The notes below the pieces were generated by a model. That model ran no database searches. It had not been told where the DNA came from and saw nothing but the letters and a program-made list of their open reading frames with translations. From IMG/VR virus record IMGVR_UViG_2855308460_000004: DNA of 17,105 bases; one strand, given 5' to 3'. The translations under genes were made by a program, and so were the position numbers. Source of the DNA: a virus. Its lineage: Duplodnaviria; Heunggongvirae; Uroviricota; Caudoviricetes. Position 1 is the first letter of the stretch; the number at the start of each line of letters is the position of its first letter. Shown here in pieces: positions 16,834 through 17,105 of this stretch.

Positions 16834-17105
16834 ATGACAGGGCTGGATGCTTTAAACGAATATAAACAAGAGATTGAATTAGCAAAGCAAACATTTAATA
16901 AATCGTTTGCATTTAAAAGTATCTTATATAAAATGAAAAACAATAAGGATTTAACCCTTACCATATGTGGAAGGCCTGATCAAATACATGATTTTAATAA
17001 TTATCAATTAAAACCTGATACATTAAACCTGGACTTGATTACTAATTGGTTGATTACGCGTGATATGGCGGGGGGGTGTGGGGTTTACAAAAACTGTTTT
17101 TTTTC
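16834..17105 (+). CDS. Hypothetical protein, 3'-truncated by the window edge (not in the ORF track)
   Basis: aagga before ATG 16834 (alternative ATG 16819); frame stays open to the end: MTGLDALNEYKQEIELAKQTFNKSFAFKSIL... Confidence 0.6.
   Translation, partial: MTGLDALNEYKQEIELAKQTFNKSFAFKSILYKMKNNKDLTLTICGRPDQIHDFNNYQLKPDTLNLDLITNWLITRDMAGGCGVYKNCFF

Noticed and set aside
16716-16964. 83-aa N-terminal extension of MscS
   Set aside because: The RBS ggagga sits directly before ATG 16715; the extension is antisense to the ORF starting at 16834.
1-17105. Genome-wide stop-codon reassignment (TGA to Trp/Gly, or TAG to Gln)
   Set aside because: Long genes (topB 788 aa, PcfJ 495 aa, PDZ protein 440 aa) contain no internal TGA or TAG; TGA and TAG end genes at plausible places (9297 with ATGA overlap, 9104, 13309).

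Overview
AT-rich (roughly 30% GC by eye) Firmicutes-type DNA with AGGAGG-like RBSs and sigmaA-like promoters. It looks like an accessory region of a large mobile element (megaplasmid, ICE or jumbo/plasmid-like phage): many short, mostly monocistronic hypothetical genes separated by intrinsic terminators. Recognisable genes are a 5'-truncated calcineurin-like phosphoesterase, a lipoprotein, DNA topoisomerase III (topB), a Uma2-family nuclease, a PcfJ-domain protein, an ADP-ribosylglycohydrolase, a YqeY/GatB-domain protein, a Zn-ribbon-TM-PDZ-PDZ protein and an MscS channel. I see no integrase, Rep, T4SS, virion genes, rRNA/tRNA or CRISPR array, so the element class is an inference. The main points found by reading the sequence are: (1) a gene missing from the ORF track (11009-11284) with its own RBS and terminator but one in-frame TGA; (2) an ATG-AAA-TGA minigene in frame with a lipoprotein; (3) an orphan ADP-ribosylglycohydrolase; (4) a protease-less double-PDZ membrane protein; (5) an ankyrin-like repeat protein; (6) three terminators with a stop codon in their loop. 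No complete novel system can be demonstrated from sequence alone. The best system-level hypothesis is a dispersed counter-defence set of modification-erasing or repair enzymes.
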